The notes under the pieces are model-generated. The model was not told the origin of the DNA. It searched no databases and saw only the letters and a list, made by a program, of their open reading frames with translations. From the NCBI RefSeq assembly GCF_001194135.2, contig NC_068995.1, forward strand, positions 37,159,052 to 37,194,050: DNA of 34,999 nucleotides, written 5' to 3'. Within the stretch, counting starts at the first letter, position 1. Each line of letters begins with the position of its first letter. Below, piece by piece: positions 11,888 through 23,479 of the stretch. The DNA comes from Octopus bimaculoides (taxonomy: Eukaryota). Made by a program: the position numbers and the translations under genes.

Positions 11888-12229
11888 GTATAAATTAATG
11901 CCACTTGTGTTTGTGAACATCAAATCTAAAATTCATAAATATTGCTATGATTAATGAGTTATTATGTACGAAAATTATACAATAAATCTTGGACAATTTC
12001 CTGCAGACAGTTGAAGAAGAAAATATACAAAAGAAAAAAAAATCACACTACTCATCCTACACAGGTAATATTACTTAGATAACTGTGAATGAAATGGTAA
12101 AAAAGATTTAGCAAGTATCAAAGGTAAACAAAACTGCTCTGTTGTACAATAAGTGTACAGAGTAAAATTATTCAAATGATAATTTCTGACATGGGAACAA
12201 AGACACATATTTTGAGAAAGAGCATTAGT

Positions 12230-12355
12230 TATCCGCAACCGTTGGGTGATTCATTATTTTATTGATCCTATAACAAAACTGCAGTGATTTGAACTCAGTA
12301 TATAAAGAGCCGTAACTAAAATACCTTAAAGTATTTTGTGCAACGCTCTAACAAT
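12230..12355 (-). mobile_element. Degenerate SINE family B fragment
   Basis: It contains TTTTATTGATCC...GATTTGAACTCAG and GTGCAACGCTCTAACAATT, resembling the reverse complement of the family B head and body. Confidence 0.45.
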
Positions 12356-13472
12356 TTCACAGATTCACAAAATCGTGTGTCAGCTGCCAAGATAACCACT
12401 AAACTCTACGAGAGTAGCGTACTTAAATGTGAGGAGTCGATCAAAGAGCTGCACATAGGCTTCACGCATTTGCATGGAATCATATAGCTCATCCGCTCCT
12501 AGTTAATCGAAGAACAAATTATAGCTTTGTTGCAAGGTTGCCTCTCTGTCTGCGAGCCCATCAAACAATTTCGGCTCCTTCTCTTTTAGCGCGTGGGCTT
12601 CAGATCTTGCAAAGCAATTTTCGTATTTCACGTTGATGAAATTTTAAATGGCCATTCTAACAGGTAGCACGTTGTTAATGAGATGCTCTACAGAGGTTTC
12701 AGATTAATATTGGAAACATAGCCAAATGCAAAATAAAAATAATGAATTGTCATCAATAATCTAGATACCCTTGTAACAGGTTGTAGTTATAATATTGTCA
12801 ACTGAACTCTAAATGAATTACAAAGACCAGGAACAAATAACAAACAAAAAAAATATTCATTTAGAATATATCAGTTGAAAGTTTCCATAAAAAGAATGTA
12901 TTTACTGATACACAAGGAGATAATGTAACAAGAAACTATTGGAAAATACTTATCGTAACACAACAAAAATACATAGTTAAGTAGGCAATAGAAATAGAAC
13001 TGTTGAATTTGATACAGAACAAAAGCTCTGTTAAAAGACAAGCTGGTGAATAATAATGTGGAATCAGTGGAATGTTTGCTGAAATGCCACGGAATAATTA
13101 GATACGTCTTTGGCATTCTGAATTAAAATTTTGGTGCGGTAGTCTTTAATCTTTCAGTCTTCGAGGGACAATGAACTGATGACGAAGGAATTATTGAAGT
13201 TGATACAATCGACAATACTTTCTCAAAGAAATTCGTTACTTTGAACATATATTCAAAAATATTTACTTTACTATCATTGTGTGGGTTTTACGTTTTTACA
13301 TACGATTTAGATTTATTTAACAACGTAGCAAGCTGATTAATGTAACTCAGTTTTAGCAGTAATGATAGTTTTAGTTTATGCACAAGGCCTGCTGGAACAA
13401 ATCTAATTATTCCATAAATCTGGGTTCCTCTTTAGCAGTTTCTGTCATACATACGAAGTCATAAATTGTATT

Positions 13473-13700
13473 CTTTTCTATTCTTTTCTACTCTAGGCGC
13501 AAGGCCCGGAAATTTTTGGGGAGGGGGACAGTCGATTAGATCGACCCAGTACGCAACTGGTACTTAATTTATCGACCCCGAAAAGATGAAAGGCAAAGTC
13601 GACCTCTGCGGAATTTGAACTCAGAACATAAAGACAGACGAAATACCGCAAAGAATTTCGCCCGGCGTGCTAACGATTCTGCCAGCTTTCCGCCTTAGAC
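13473..13700 (-). mobile_element. Full-length SINE (family B here) with 15-bp TSD
   Basis: The head is GGCGGAAAGCTGGCAGAATCGTTAGCACGCCGG, with a B-box-like GAGTTCAAATTCC, a central GCCTTTCATCTTTTCGGGGTCGATAAATTAAGTACCAG and an AGAAAAGAAT tail. The TSD GTCATAAATTGTATT lies at 13458-13472 and 13701-13715. Confidence 0.9.
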
Positions 13701-13821
13701 GTCATAAATTGTATTGCTGTTGTTTGACCCTAGCTCAAACCAGATCAAGCAGGCATATGATCCTTTGCATTCCAGCATTAGTCCTTCCATCATTTTAGAG
13801 ATGACATCATCTATGAAAATA

Positions 13822-15004
13822 TTGGGTCATCCCATAAATAATGCAGCTTTTTCATATTTCTGTTATTTTTATAAATTAAGATAAAGAAAGTTCTTTTTTA
13901 ATCTAAAATATACTCTCGTTCATTTTCGCTCTTCCATCTATCTGGTAGACTTGCAAGACCCCTCTTCCAAAATCCACTTGTCCGTGACAAAAAATACTCC
14001 TCCAGTACTGTTCTGACCTCATCTACAGAATTCATATTTTTTCCGTCCAAATCATTTTGAAGACTGTGGAATAAATGATAATCAGATGGAGCAATGTCCA
14101 GTGAATATGATGGGTGGGGCATCATTTCCCATTCAAACTGCCCCAGCCTTTGGAATGCTATTCTCGCTGTATGTGGCCGAGCGTTATCCTGATGGAAGGA
14201 CACCATCCATCTTCAAACCAAAGATGGTCGTTTTTCTTCTAGCGCTGACTTAAGCCACTCAAGTTGCTCGTAGTAGATCTCATTTGTTATTGTGTGGTTG
14301 AGGTTTAAAAGTTCAAAAGTGAATAAACCTTTCATATCCCATCAAACAGATAACAACACCTTACATGGGTGAAAACCTTCTTTAGCCTGGGCTTTCGGGG
14401 TTTCTTATTTCCCTACCCACTGTCTTCGTGAGACCCGACAGAAAAGAAGAGTACACATTAACTCTCTGCACGTGATTAGGCTAGGAAAGTTCGTGAGGAA
14501 CTCATTGACCCAATTTGTTGACTTTTCCGATGTCATGCAGGTGTCAGTTTAATGTTTTAATGACCAAATCCAAGATGTCTGCTAGTTCCTCAGCAGTTAT
14601 GATGGGATTTTGTTCCACCAGGGTTTTGCAGGACGTCCTCGTCGAGTTCTGCAGATGTTCCAGGACGATGCTCATCTTCTAGGCCGTAGTTGCCGGCTCG
14701 GAAGTATGCTTCTTTTCCAATCCCCAAATACCTCATTAATATTCCTCGCACTTTCTGTTACGTTGTTGCCTTTATTGAACTCATAAAGCAAAATATTCCG
14801 AATATGCTCCTTTGTCACTTCCATCATAGCTTTGAAAAAATAACTGTTAAAATCAAACTGCATTCTTCAAAAGTTGCACTAAGTATAAGCGAAAGGTAAA
14901 ATTACTCCCTGCCTTTATAGCAAGTTGAGTTAGATTATCCCGTCTCTTTCCGACATTTAGATCATGCAATTAAAAAAAACCGCATTATTTATGGGATGAC
15001 CCAA
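13822..15004 (-). mobile_element. Mariner (DD34D) DNA transposon, near full length, inactivated
   Basis: The TIR TTGGGTCATCCCATAAATAATGC is 23 bp perfect at both ends, with TA at 13820-13821 and 15005-15006. Transposase relics are the HTH N-terminus MMEVTKEHIRNILLYEFNKGNNVTESARNI, a WVPHEL motif with W mutated to stop, and HQDNARPH...PHPSYSLDIAPSDYHLF with 34 residues between the two Ds. There are several stops and frameshifts and an internal deletion. Confidence 0.95.
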
Positions 15005-15224
15005 TATTATCTCACTCTTAAGAAGGTGTGTATAATCTAAAGGTGATATGAAGGATTTTTCTGGCAGATACAGTGAGCACAAGAATGTTCAGCTGTTGAG
15101 TTGTTTAGTATTTTGCTTCATATGTTTATTCGTTCGAGAATTTAAAACTTAACTGGCGTAACTGAAACTACAATTGGTTTGATCTAACATGGGCATTACT
15201 TCTGAAAATCTTTGGTTTTAGGAT

Positions 15225-15340
15225 AAGAGTGTGGAGTGTGGTGGTAGTCAATTAAATCGATGCCGGTATTTGACTGATACATTATTTTATCGATCCCAGA
15301 AGGATGAAAGGCAATATCAACTTTGGCGTGATTTAAACGC
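15225..15340 (-). mobile_element. SINE family B fragment
   Basis: TTTTATCGATCCCAGAAGGATGAAAGGCAA is the reverse complement of the family B central module. Confidence 0.65.
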
Positions 15341-15629
15341 ATATTTTTTTTTTGCATATTACAAAACGCTCAGAACTTTCTGGACAAGCTAATACATAAA
15401 TGCACACATACTACCAGCTAACTTAAGATACAAAATGCTGAGATACAGTTAAGATACAAAATGGCCGACTAAATAAGATGAAAAATTCTGTCTTTTCTCT
15501 TTCACTCCCTTCCTCCTTCTCTCTCTCTTCATACTTACATACGTAACATGCATGCATACATACATACATGTATCCATCCATCCAACCACCAATCCATACA
15601 TGTATTGATCGATCGATCCATCCATATAT

Positions 15630-16475
15630 ACATACATGAAACCGCTTCCTCGTTTTCGTGTATAACCATCACTCGAAGCATATCTGAAATCGGTCTCATG
15701 TGACGAGCTTTTCAGGTCAGCGAGTGACCACAACTCTTTGGCATAAATATTACAAACATAATTAGCTTCAACAACACGAGCCATTTCTTGGTCATCATGC
15801 ATTTTCACGTGACGTCTCAAGCCCCCAGCATGTCCCTATGCTGCTCACGGTGTAATCCAAATCAACTCTTTGCACACGACTTCTTTTGTGACTTTTCAGT
15901 CCCTCTCTGCTGAAGCTGACTTTCTCATATTCATCGCATGTCTGCTCATTCTGGTCATCGACATTCGCCGGAAATATCACGTCCACACCCTTTCTGGAAT
16001 CCCTCTTTAACTTCTCGTGATTTCTCCGAGATATTTTGAAATTCTCACTTCTGTCAGATACTACTTTCTTCCATCTTGCCCGGTCAGTTGCAATTTCTTT
16101 CCATTTCTTCTCTGAAATGTTATCTTTCTTCAGCAATATTTCTACGCACTTCATGAACCTCAGCTTAGGTTTATGAGGTGGGCGCTTTCCATTCCTCCGT
16201 TCACCATACAAAAGCTGGTTTGAAGTCTATATGTTCCAGGTCACCTTTTATTATTTCTGTCCTTCCTGACTGAGTTATTTTGATAAACATCAAACATTAT
16301 TTTAGGCATTTCCGTGTGATAGGTCACACATCTCCATTCTCACTAAGTGACCCACTCATCTGAGTCGGCGCAGCAAAAGGATTGACTCAATACTTTGACA
16401 GTGACTTCCTTCATGGACCTCAACGTCACTCACGTACATTTTCCAGCGCATCACCAAAATACGACACCACTAGCA
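15630..16475 (-). mobile_element. RTE-clade LINE 3' fragment with C-terminal C2H2-like zinc fingers and a microsatellite tail
   Basis: Translation gives ...ILVMRWKMYVSDVEV...SIESILLLRRLR*VGHLVRME, then MYGERRNGKRPPHKPKLRF...WKEIATDRARWK, which is the RTE post-RT region. Degenerate Cx2Cx12Hx3H units follow. A (TGTA/TGGA)n tract lies at about 15535-15630. Confidence 0.85.
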
Positions 16476-16887
16476 GAAGCACTCCACTTCGCAATTATTA
16501 ACAAAACAATAAACCGAGATAGAATAAAGACGGATTGGTTCCAGTGTTTCATTTCCAATAAATATGTGTTGCGAAAGGAAACCAATGCAAAGCTAATGAT
16601 GAAAAAGTATTCAAAACGCCAGAGGTTAAGTAACAATGATTTTGCCACAACCAAAAGCATATCGAAAAGTTCACAAAACTCGCACAAAATATAAGCTAAA
16701 AATGTGAAAGAGAGCAGGAATCTTTGAAGTCCCAAAGTATGAACTGAAATTAGCTGATAAAGCATTTTACTAAATGAATTATCTCATTTGTTGCACAGGG
16801 AGCATTTGTACTAGCAAAAAGAAATAGTGCATCCTCAGTTCTCTCAAAACACGACTCAAAATATCCAGTCTTTAAGGTATGGTGAAA

Positions 16888-16905
16888 GAGAGGGAGAGAG
16901 AGAGG

Positions 16906-16980
<75 letters not shown>
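16888..16980. repeat. (GA)n microsatellite
   Basis: Direct reading. Confidence 0.98.
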
Positions 16981-16982
<2 letters not shown>

Positions 16983-18895
16983 AGTGAGAAAGAAAGAAAT
17001 AAAAAAACAGAGAGGGAGAAAGAATGAGAGTGGTTAATTAGCAGAAAAAAGAAAAGAAAACATCCACTTATATAACAATATCTGCTTCAACAAGGGATTT
17101 CGCATCAAGAATCTTGAAAAATAAATACGTAAACGTATACAGTCTTTTGTTTCTAATATATAAGTAATTAGATAAAATATTTAAAATTAAAATGCATGAA
17201 ATTTGCCTGAGTCTCAGTATGCTAGTGTCTTATAAATTTTTACTGACTTTTTCCGGTATTTGGGCGTGATGCAGTAGGTCATTCTGCACTTATTGGTCGA
17301 TGGAATGAAGTTTGTTACAATTAATGGTAGGTTGGTTTCTTCCATATCAGATGTTTGGGATCTCTTTTATAAGATTACTCGAATAAGAAATGTTTTTAGG
17401 GTTTTTTTAAAAAACATGTGCAGTCTTGAATGTTATAGTTTAAAAATAAACTATTTTGGTTTACCTTTTAGAGATACGAAATGTGTTATCTTCATTGCCA
17501 CCAATAATAGTGTAAGTTAGATAAAGATCCTCATCTCCGTCTTTGTCTGTCGCCTGAAACGATTGCAAAAAAAAGTTTTAATGAGTTGTTTTGCCTGCTT
17601 TTCTAAAGAAAGAAAAACCAAAAAAGAAAACCTCTCAAAAACTAAAACAAAAGCAAAAATAATAAAAGAACAAGCACACCGACTATTAATTGTTTCAAAA
17701 TCCATTTCTAAGAAAAAACTACAACATTCTTTTTAACATTTCTTTCTAATGCTATTATATAATCCATANNNNNNNNNNNNNNNNNNNNNNNNNNNNNNNN
17801 NNNNNNNNNNNNNNNNNNNNNNNNNNNNNNNNNNNNNNNNNNNNNNNNNNNNNNNNNNNNNNNNNNNNNNNNNNNNNNNNNNNNNNNNNNNNNNNNNNNN
17901 NNNNNNNNNNNNNNNNNNNNNNNNNNNNNNNNNNNNNNNNNNNNNNNNNNNNNNNNNNNNNNNNNNNNNNNNNNNNNNNNNNNNNNNNNNNNNNNNNNNN
18001 NNNNNNNNNNNNNNNNNNNNNNNNNNNNNNNNNNNNNNNNNNNNNNNNNNNNNNNNNNNNNNNNNNNNNNNNNNNNNNNNNNNNNNNNNNNNNNNNNNNN
18101 NNNNNNNNNNNNNNNNNNNNNNNNNNNNNNNNNNNNNNNNNNNNNNNNNNNNNNNNNNNNNNNNNNNNNNNNNNNNNNNNNNNNNNNNNNNNNNNNNNNN
18201 NNNNNNNNNNNNNNNNNNNNNNNNNNNNNNNNNNNNNNNNNNNNNNNNNNNNNNNNNNNNNNNNNNNNNNNNNNNNNNNNNNNNNNNNNNNNNNNNNNNN
18301 NNNNNNNNNNNNNNNNNNNNNNNNNNNNNNNNNNNNNAGAGAGAAAAAAAGGAAGACAGAAAAAGAGGATAAGCGAAGAGTGAGACAGAAAGGGGACGAA
18401 AGAAAAAAAAAAGGAGAGAGAAGCGTCCGTAACGTGAGGTCGGGGGAACGTAATATTTATTACATGACAAAAAAGTTAGTTAAAAGTAGAGAAGGGGAGT
18501 TAAAAATATAATTTTACCAGAGGGGTGATGTTTTGTCGTTGAGGTTAAAAAAGGCAGAAAGAGAGAGGACAGAACGAGATGATGATGGTGGTGGAGATGG
18601 AAGTGGTGGTGGTGGAGATGTAGATGCTGGTAGTGGCACAGGTGCTGCTGGTGGTGACTGCATAGTAAAAACTGTATTTTATTTTAATTGAACTAAGTTT
18701 TTTTTTTATATTACCTATCACTTAATGCATACGCATAAGTGCAAATCTGTGACATATTCACTCTTATTTATGTGGCAGATATATACAATTTAACTAAAGG
18801 CTGAAACATATGTACAAGATATTTTTTTGTTTATGGGGAAAAGGGAAAAATAAGAGTGAATATTTATTTTATGAATGCTGTGTATTAAGTCTATA

Positions 18896-19283
18896 AGTAG
18901 AGGTGCAATGGCCCAGTGGTTAGGGCAGCGGATTCGCGGTCATAGGATCGCGATTTCGATTCCCAGACCGGGCTTTGTGAGTGTTTATTGAGCGAAAACA
19001 CCTAAAGCTCCACGAGGCTCCGGCAGAGGATGGTGGTGAACCCTGCTGTACTCTTTCACCACAACTTTCTCTCACTCTTACTTCCTGTTTCTGTTGTGCC
19101 TGAAATCCAAAGGGTCAGCCTTGTCACATTGTGTCACGCTGAATATCCCCGAGAACTACGTTAAGGGTACACGTGTCTGTGGAGTGCTCAGCCACTTGCA
19201 CGTTAATTTCACGAGCAGGCTGTTCCGTTGATCGGATCAACTGGAACCCTCGACGTCATAAGCGACGGAGTGCCAACAACAAC
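18896..19283 (+). mobile_element. Full-length tRNA-derived SINE (called family C here) with 12-bp TSD
   Basis: It has an A-box-like TGGCCCAGTGG, a B-box-like ATTTCGATTCC and a (CAA)n tail. The TSD ATTAAGTCTATA lies at 18884-18895 and 19284-19295. Confidence 0.9.
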
Positions 19284-19504
19284 ATTAAGTCTATATAATT
19301 GTGCATAAAGTATATAAAGTGCATTAAGTAATCATCGTATTCCAATTTCTTTCACTTTTCAATGAGTAGCAGACGAGCGACTATCTTTCCATACAGACAC
19401 AACACAGGCTACGGTCTCAGCTTTTTGGATAAAGTTTTCAGAAATAACCCGATAGGTTTACCATTAATTCCGTGAAATATTCATGGGTCCCGTTAGTTCT
19501 TATT

Positions 19505-19700
19505 AAGGAGGCACGCTGGCAGAATCTTTAGCACACCGGACAAACTACTTAGCGACATTTCGTCCGTCTTAACATTATGAGCTCAAATTCCTTCGAGGTC
19601 GAGTTTGCATGTCATCCTTTCGAGGTCGATAAAATAAGTACCAGTTGAGCACTTGGTACTTAACCCTTCTCTTGAAAGTACTGGGTTATATAAGAATAAG
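19505..19700 (+). mobile_element. SINE family B copy
   Basis: Aligns by eye to 13473-13700 (GCTGGCAGAATC..TTAGCAC.CCGG; TCATCCTTTCGAGGTCGATAAAATAAGTACCAG). Confidence 0.8.
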
Positions 19701-19713
19701 AATATAAATATAT

Positions 19714-19963
19714 GTGCAGGTGTGGATGTGTGGTAAGACGCTTGCTTCCCAACAACATGCGTATATGTATGTGTGTGTGTGTTTGTCTAGTACCACCACC
19801 ACTTGACAATTGCTGTCGGTGTGTTTACGTCCACATAACTTAGCAAAAGAAACCGATAATATAAGTACTAAGCTTAAAAAACAAGTCCTGGGGTCGATTT
19901 GTTTGATTAAAACCCTCCGGTATGGCCGCAGTCAAATGACTGAAACACACGAAAGGCAAAAGA
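19714..19963 (+). mobile_element. SINE family A with internal deletion (B box and CORE-like part missing)
   Basis: The head GTGTGGATGTGTGGTAAGACGCTTGCTTCCCAAC joins directly to the TG tract and the 3' module. Confidence 0.8.
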
Positions 19964-20287
19964 TATTTTTGATCTCAGCATGAATGAATGAACTACTCAT
20001 GCAAGACTACAGGAGTTCTAACAAAACTTGAGATAAAACAATAATAAGATAGGAGAACCAGCCTTGACAGCGACTGGACGTGTTCCTCGCTGCTCTGACC
20101 ATTCAGTAGCCGAAAGCCATAGAAACACTAATATGACCCAGCAGGACAACGGGGAAAAAATAACTCTCAAAGACTGGAATATCTACAATATCCTGTGAGT
20201 ATTTAAAATTCCCTTCAAAATAAGTTAAGAAATTTACAAATTTACAACTTTACGACATATCTACACTTTTCAAACACACAAACTTTA

Positions 20288-21480
20288 ATATCCACAACTG
20301 TTGTGAATATTCATCCTTTCCTCTCTCCCTGATGACTGGTTGTTAAAACTTGTCTTAAAGCTTGAAAACAAGAAAGCATCATACTCAGTAACAAAACAGG
20401 CAAAGGAATATTTAAGTGAATTCCAAATACAACAAATCCCAGAATTAGACGTACTTGAAACAAGCACAGAAAAAGCCAAGCGTATGAAAACCCGGGCTAA
20501 AACTGTTGCCTCAGATATTTTTACTGACAAATGGCAAAAAAAAAAAAAAAATCTGAATAGCAAATACCCAAAAAGAACTAATAATGCTGATGTTGACACA
20601 GCACTTACCCATCAATGGTTAGTGTCTTCTGGTTTAAAATCAGAAACAGAATGTTTTATCACAGCAACCCCAGATCAATGCCGACATACAAGGAGTTACC
20701 AGGCCAACATATTAAAGAACGGCAGTAGCCCAACATGTCGTGTATGGAAACAACAAAATGAAAACATTGATCATATTGTCTCCATGTGCAGTTTTCTTGC
20801 ACCGATATAGTATCTCAACAATCATGATAGAGCAGCACAGTGGGTAATTTGCAAAAATCTGAACCTGCCCCATGATAAAAATTGGTGGGAACACAAACCA
20901 CCTCCAGTGCTTGCAAATGATCACATCTCACTCCTCTGGAACTTCACCGCTCAAACTGACAGAATGATAGATGCGAATAGGCAAGGCATTATATTGAAAG
21001 ACATCAGACAAAGATCATGCTTCTCATTGATATGAATGTCCCAATCGACATAAATGTATCTGTCAAGACCTACCAAAAACTGAGCAAGTATAAAGATCTT
21101 GAAATAGAAATTGTCAAAAATGTGGAACTTCAAGGCTAAAACAATACCTGTTGTCATAGGTACCCTAGGAATGATAACAATGATTCCTACCTAGCTCAGA
21201 TACCAGGAAACCCCAAAATGGCAGAAATTCAAAAGATAGTGCTCATGGGAACTGCCCATTTCCTACGTAAAATACTATTTCTGTAATCTCAAATTTTAAA
21301 ACAAACTTATAATTTTCTTATGTTTTCTTAAACACTCTCTAGAATAATACTTTGTCCAAAACCAAATATATGATATCACAGGCATAACACCAACTTGAAT
21401 TTCTAACTTGTTACCTCTTGAGGTCTCTGGGTGAGACTTGGAGTCAACTCGTACAAATACAAAGCAAAAGTCAAACATAT
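20288..21480 (+). mobile_element. R4/Dong-type non-LTR retrotransposon 3' fragment with restriction-like endonuclease (RLE), degenerate
   Basis: ORF 20340-20810 and its continuation read GLKSETECFITATPDQ...TRSY, a CCHC knuckle CRV(W)KQQNENIDHIVSMC, HDRAAQ, LLWNFTAQTDRMIDANR(QG)IIL, LIDMNVPID.NVS..QKLSKYKDLEIE, TIPVVIGTLG, and end GTAHFLRKILFL* at 21286. This is the PD-(D/E)xK layout of RLE LINEs. The PD motif is mutated to QG. Confidence 0.85.
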
Positions 21481-23214
21481 AATATGAATAGTAATAGTTT
21501 CTTTATTTGCCACAAGGGCAATGGACGAGAGGACATTTGAAGATGAAGTTACAGAAACAGTGAAGTTTTACACAGAATGGATTATGAAAAATAATCATGG
21601 AAAACTAAGAGTAAAAGAAACAATCCAAAAAAAATCGAAGGACTCCAGGTATTCCGTGTTACCCTTACTAGTAACAATAAAACATTAGAATATATGCCGA
21701 GCAACAACAATTCATCTTCACATTGACTTGGTCAATGTCTTTGATTTATAAAAGGATTTCAATCACTACTGCAAGGAAACGACAAATTGTTGTGAGAAAT
21801 AACCGTTAATTGAATCGATTTAACAGTTTTACTATTTATTTCAACAACATACGAAGGACTAATGATAACTATGTGAAATTTGAATACAGCACTAAAAAGA
21901 ATGTATTGTAAAATGTTTCGTCTTTGTGTGGTCAATATATCCGCCTTGGATAAATTTATTTTGGGTCATTAAAAGAAACCAATATTCTTAATCGCAAATT
22001 TCCTATTACTTCTGACAATACCATCGTTAGGCATTATCAACCCTTATTGTTATCATTTTCACGTTTCCGCAACATAAAGGTTTTTATTCACTTGTGTTAA
22101 GCAGACGTTACGTCTACGTAGTGTAAAATAATTTTTTTTATAGCAGAATACAAAGAACATATACAATAGTGTCAGCTGATTCAGTCCAGCTATACTAGAA
22201 TGTATGGTTATATAAATTAAAATGCAATTCATAACAGAAACAGCAGAACGGAAATAATAGACGAAGGAAATTTTTCAACCGCTGTTAGAGTCACAAAATA
22301 TCTCATAAGTTTTTTTTTTATCCGATGAAAGCTTTATATCATAACTCAAGAGATTTATGAAATATAGATATTTTCATAAAGTTGTAAACAAAAACGTATA
22401 GAAAAATCTTTCAGGATTCAAAAATAAAAGCTAAATCCAAATAACTATATTCTAAGTTTATTGTTAAGAATAATATCCTTGTTCTATGAGACCGGAATAT
22501 AAAAGAAAGCAGTGAACTGGAATATGAGCTAGAATTTACAGCTGCAGTCTATTTTCTAGATTACCTCCAAAGCATATGATGTATCTATTGACACGTTTAT
22601 AACAATCTTTATTTATGTGCATGCTAGTGAACCGAGAGTTAGAAATTATTTGCGGGTAATGTAAAGCACATTCTGACATCTCTTTATAAAGAACTGATCA
22701 TATATTCTTTGGGAATTTAGGTGTTAAAAATGTAATCTTTCGTGCATTGTATCTCCTCTAGATTTTCACAATGGTTTTGATTGCTGCGCATCCCACCTCC
22801 AACTCACCAAAGAAAAACAGTCAATATCTTATTTTTAAATATCACGGCTGGTTGCTGTTTCTGCATATTGAATTTTGATAATTTTGTTTAGTTGCTTGAT
22901 TTTATAGTTTTCGTTTCACCCCAGAAGCTACTTAGCATTATGTGAAGCAAAACAAAAGTGGAAGCAACAATAGATTTTTCTTAATATTGAAGTTATTTCA
23001 TTGACAAGAAACATCTAAGGTTGCTTCCCCAATAATCTTGTTTTACGTAATGCCGAAAAGTTTTAGTTCCATTCAGAGGAATGAGAAATTATTACTTTTC
23101 AGACAATGAATCAAAGATTTTTAACTAAAAGTTTAATTCCATTGACTTGATGAAATTATTGTATACATTGCTCCTATCTTTAAAAAAGACTGAAAGAATT
23201 AGCATCTTTGTCAT

Positions 23215-23470
23215 CTATTCGTTTCAGTCTTTGGACTGCTGCCATACTGGGGCAGTGCTTGAAAAGTTTAGCCGCACAAATCGACCTCAGTGTATATTTT
23301 AAGCCTGATATTTTTTCTATCGGTATCATTTGCTGGATCGCTAAGCTGCTGGGACGCAAACAAACCAACACCAGTTTTCAAGCAGTGGTAGACAAACATA
23401 CACATATCTACAACGGGCTTCTACACAGTTTCTGTCTATCTAATTCGCTCAGAAAGCATTAGACGGTATT
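23215..23470 (-). mobile_element. SINE family A body and 3' part (head separated by an RTE insertion)
   Basis: It is the reverse complement of the GTAGAC.GAAACTG..AGAAGCCCG to GACTGAAAC modules. Confidence 0.75.
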
Positions 23471-23479
23471 ATATATATA

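Noticed and set aside
18896-18970. tRNA-like sequences (also at about 7040-7110 and 34660-34720)
   Set aside because: They are SINE heads. They continue into repeated bodies, one has a TSD, and none gives a convincing full cloverleaf, so they are not called tRNA genes.
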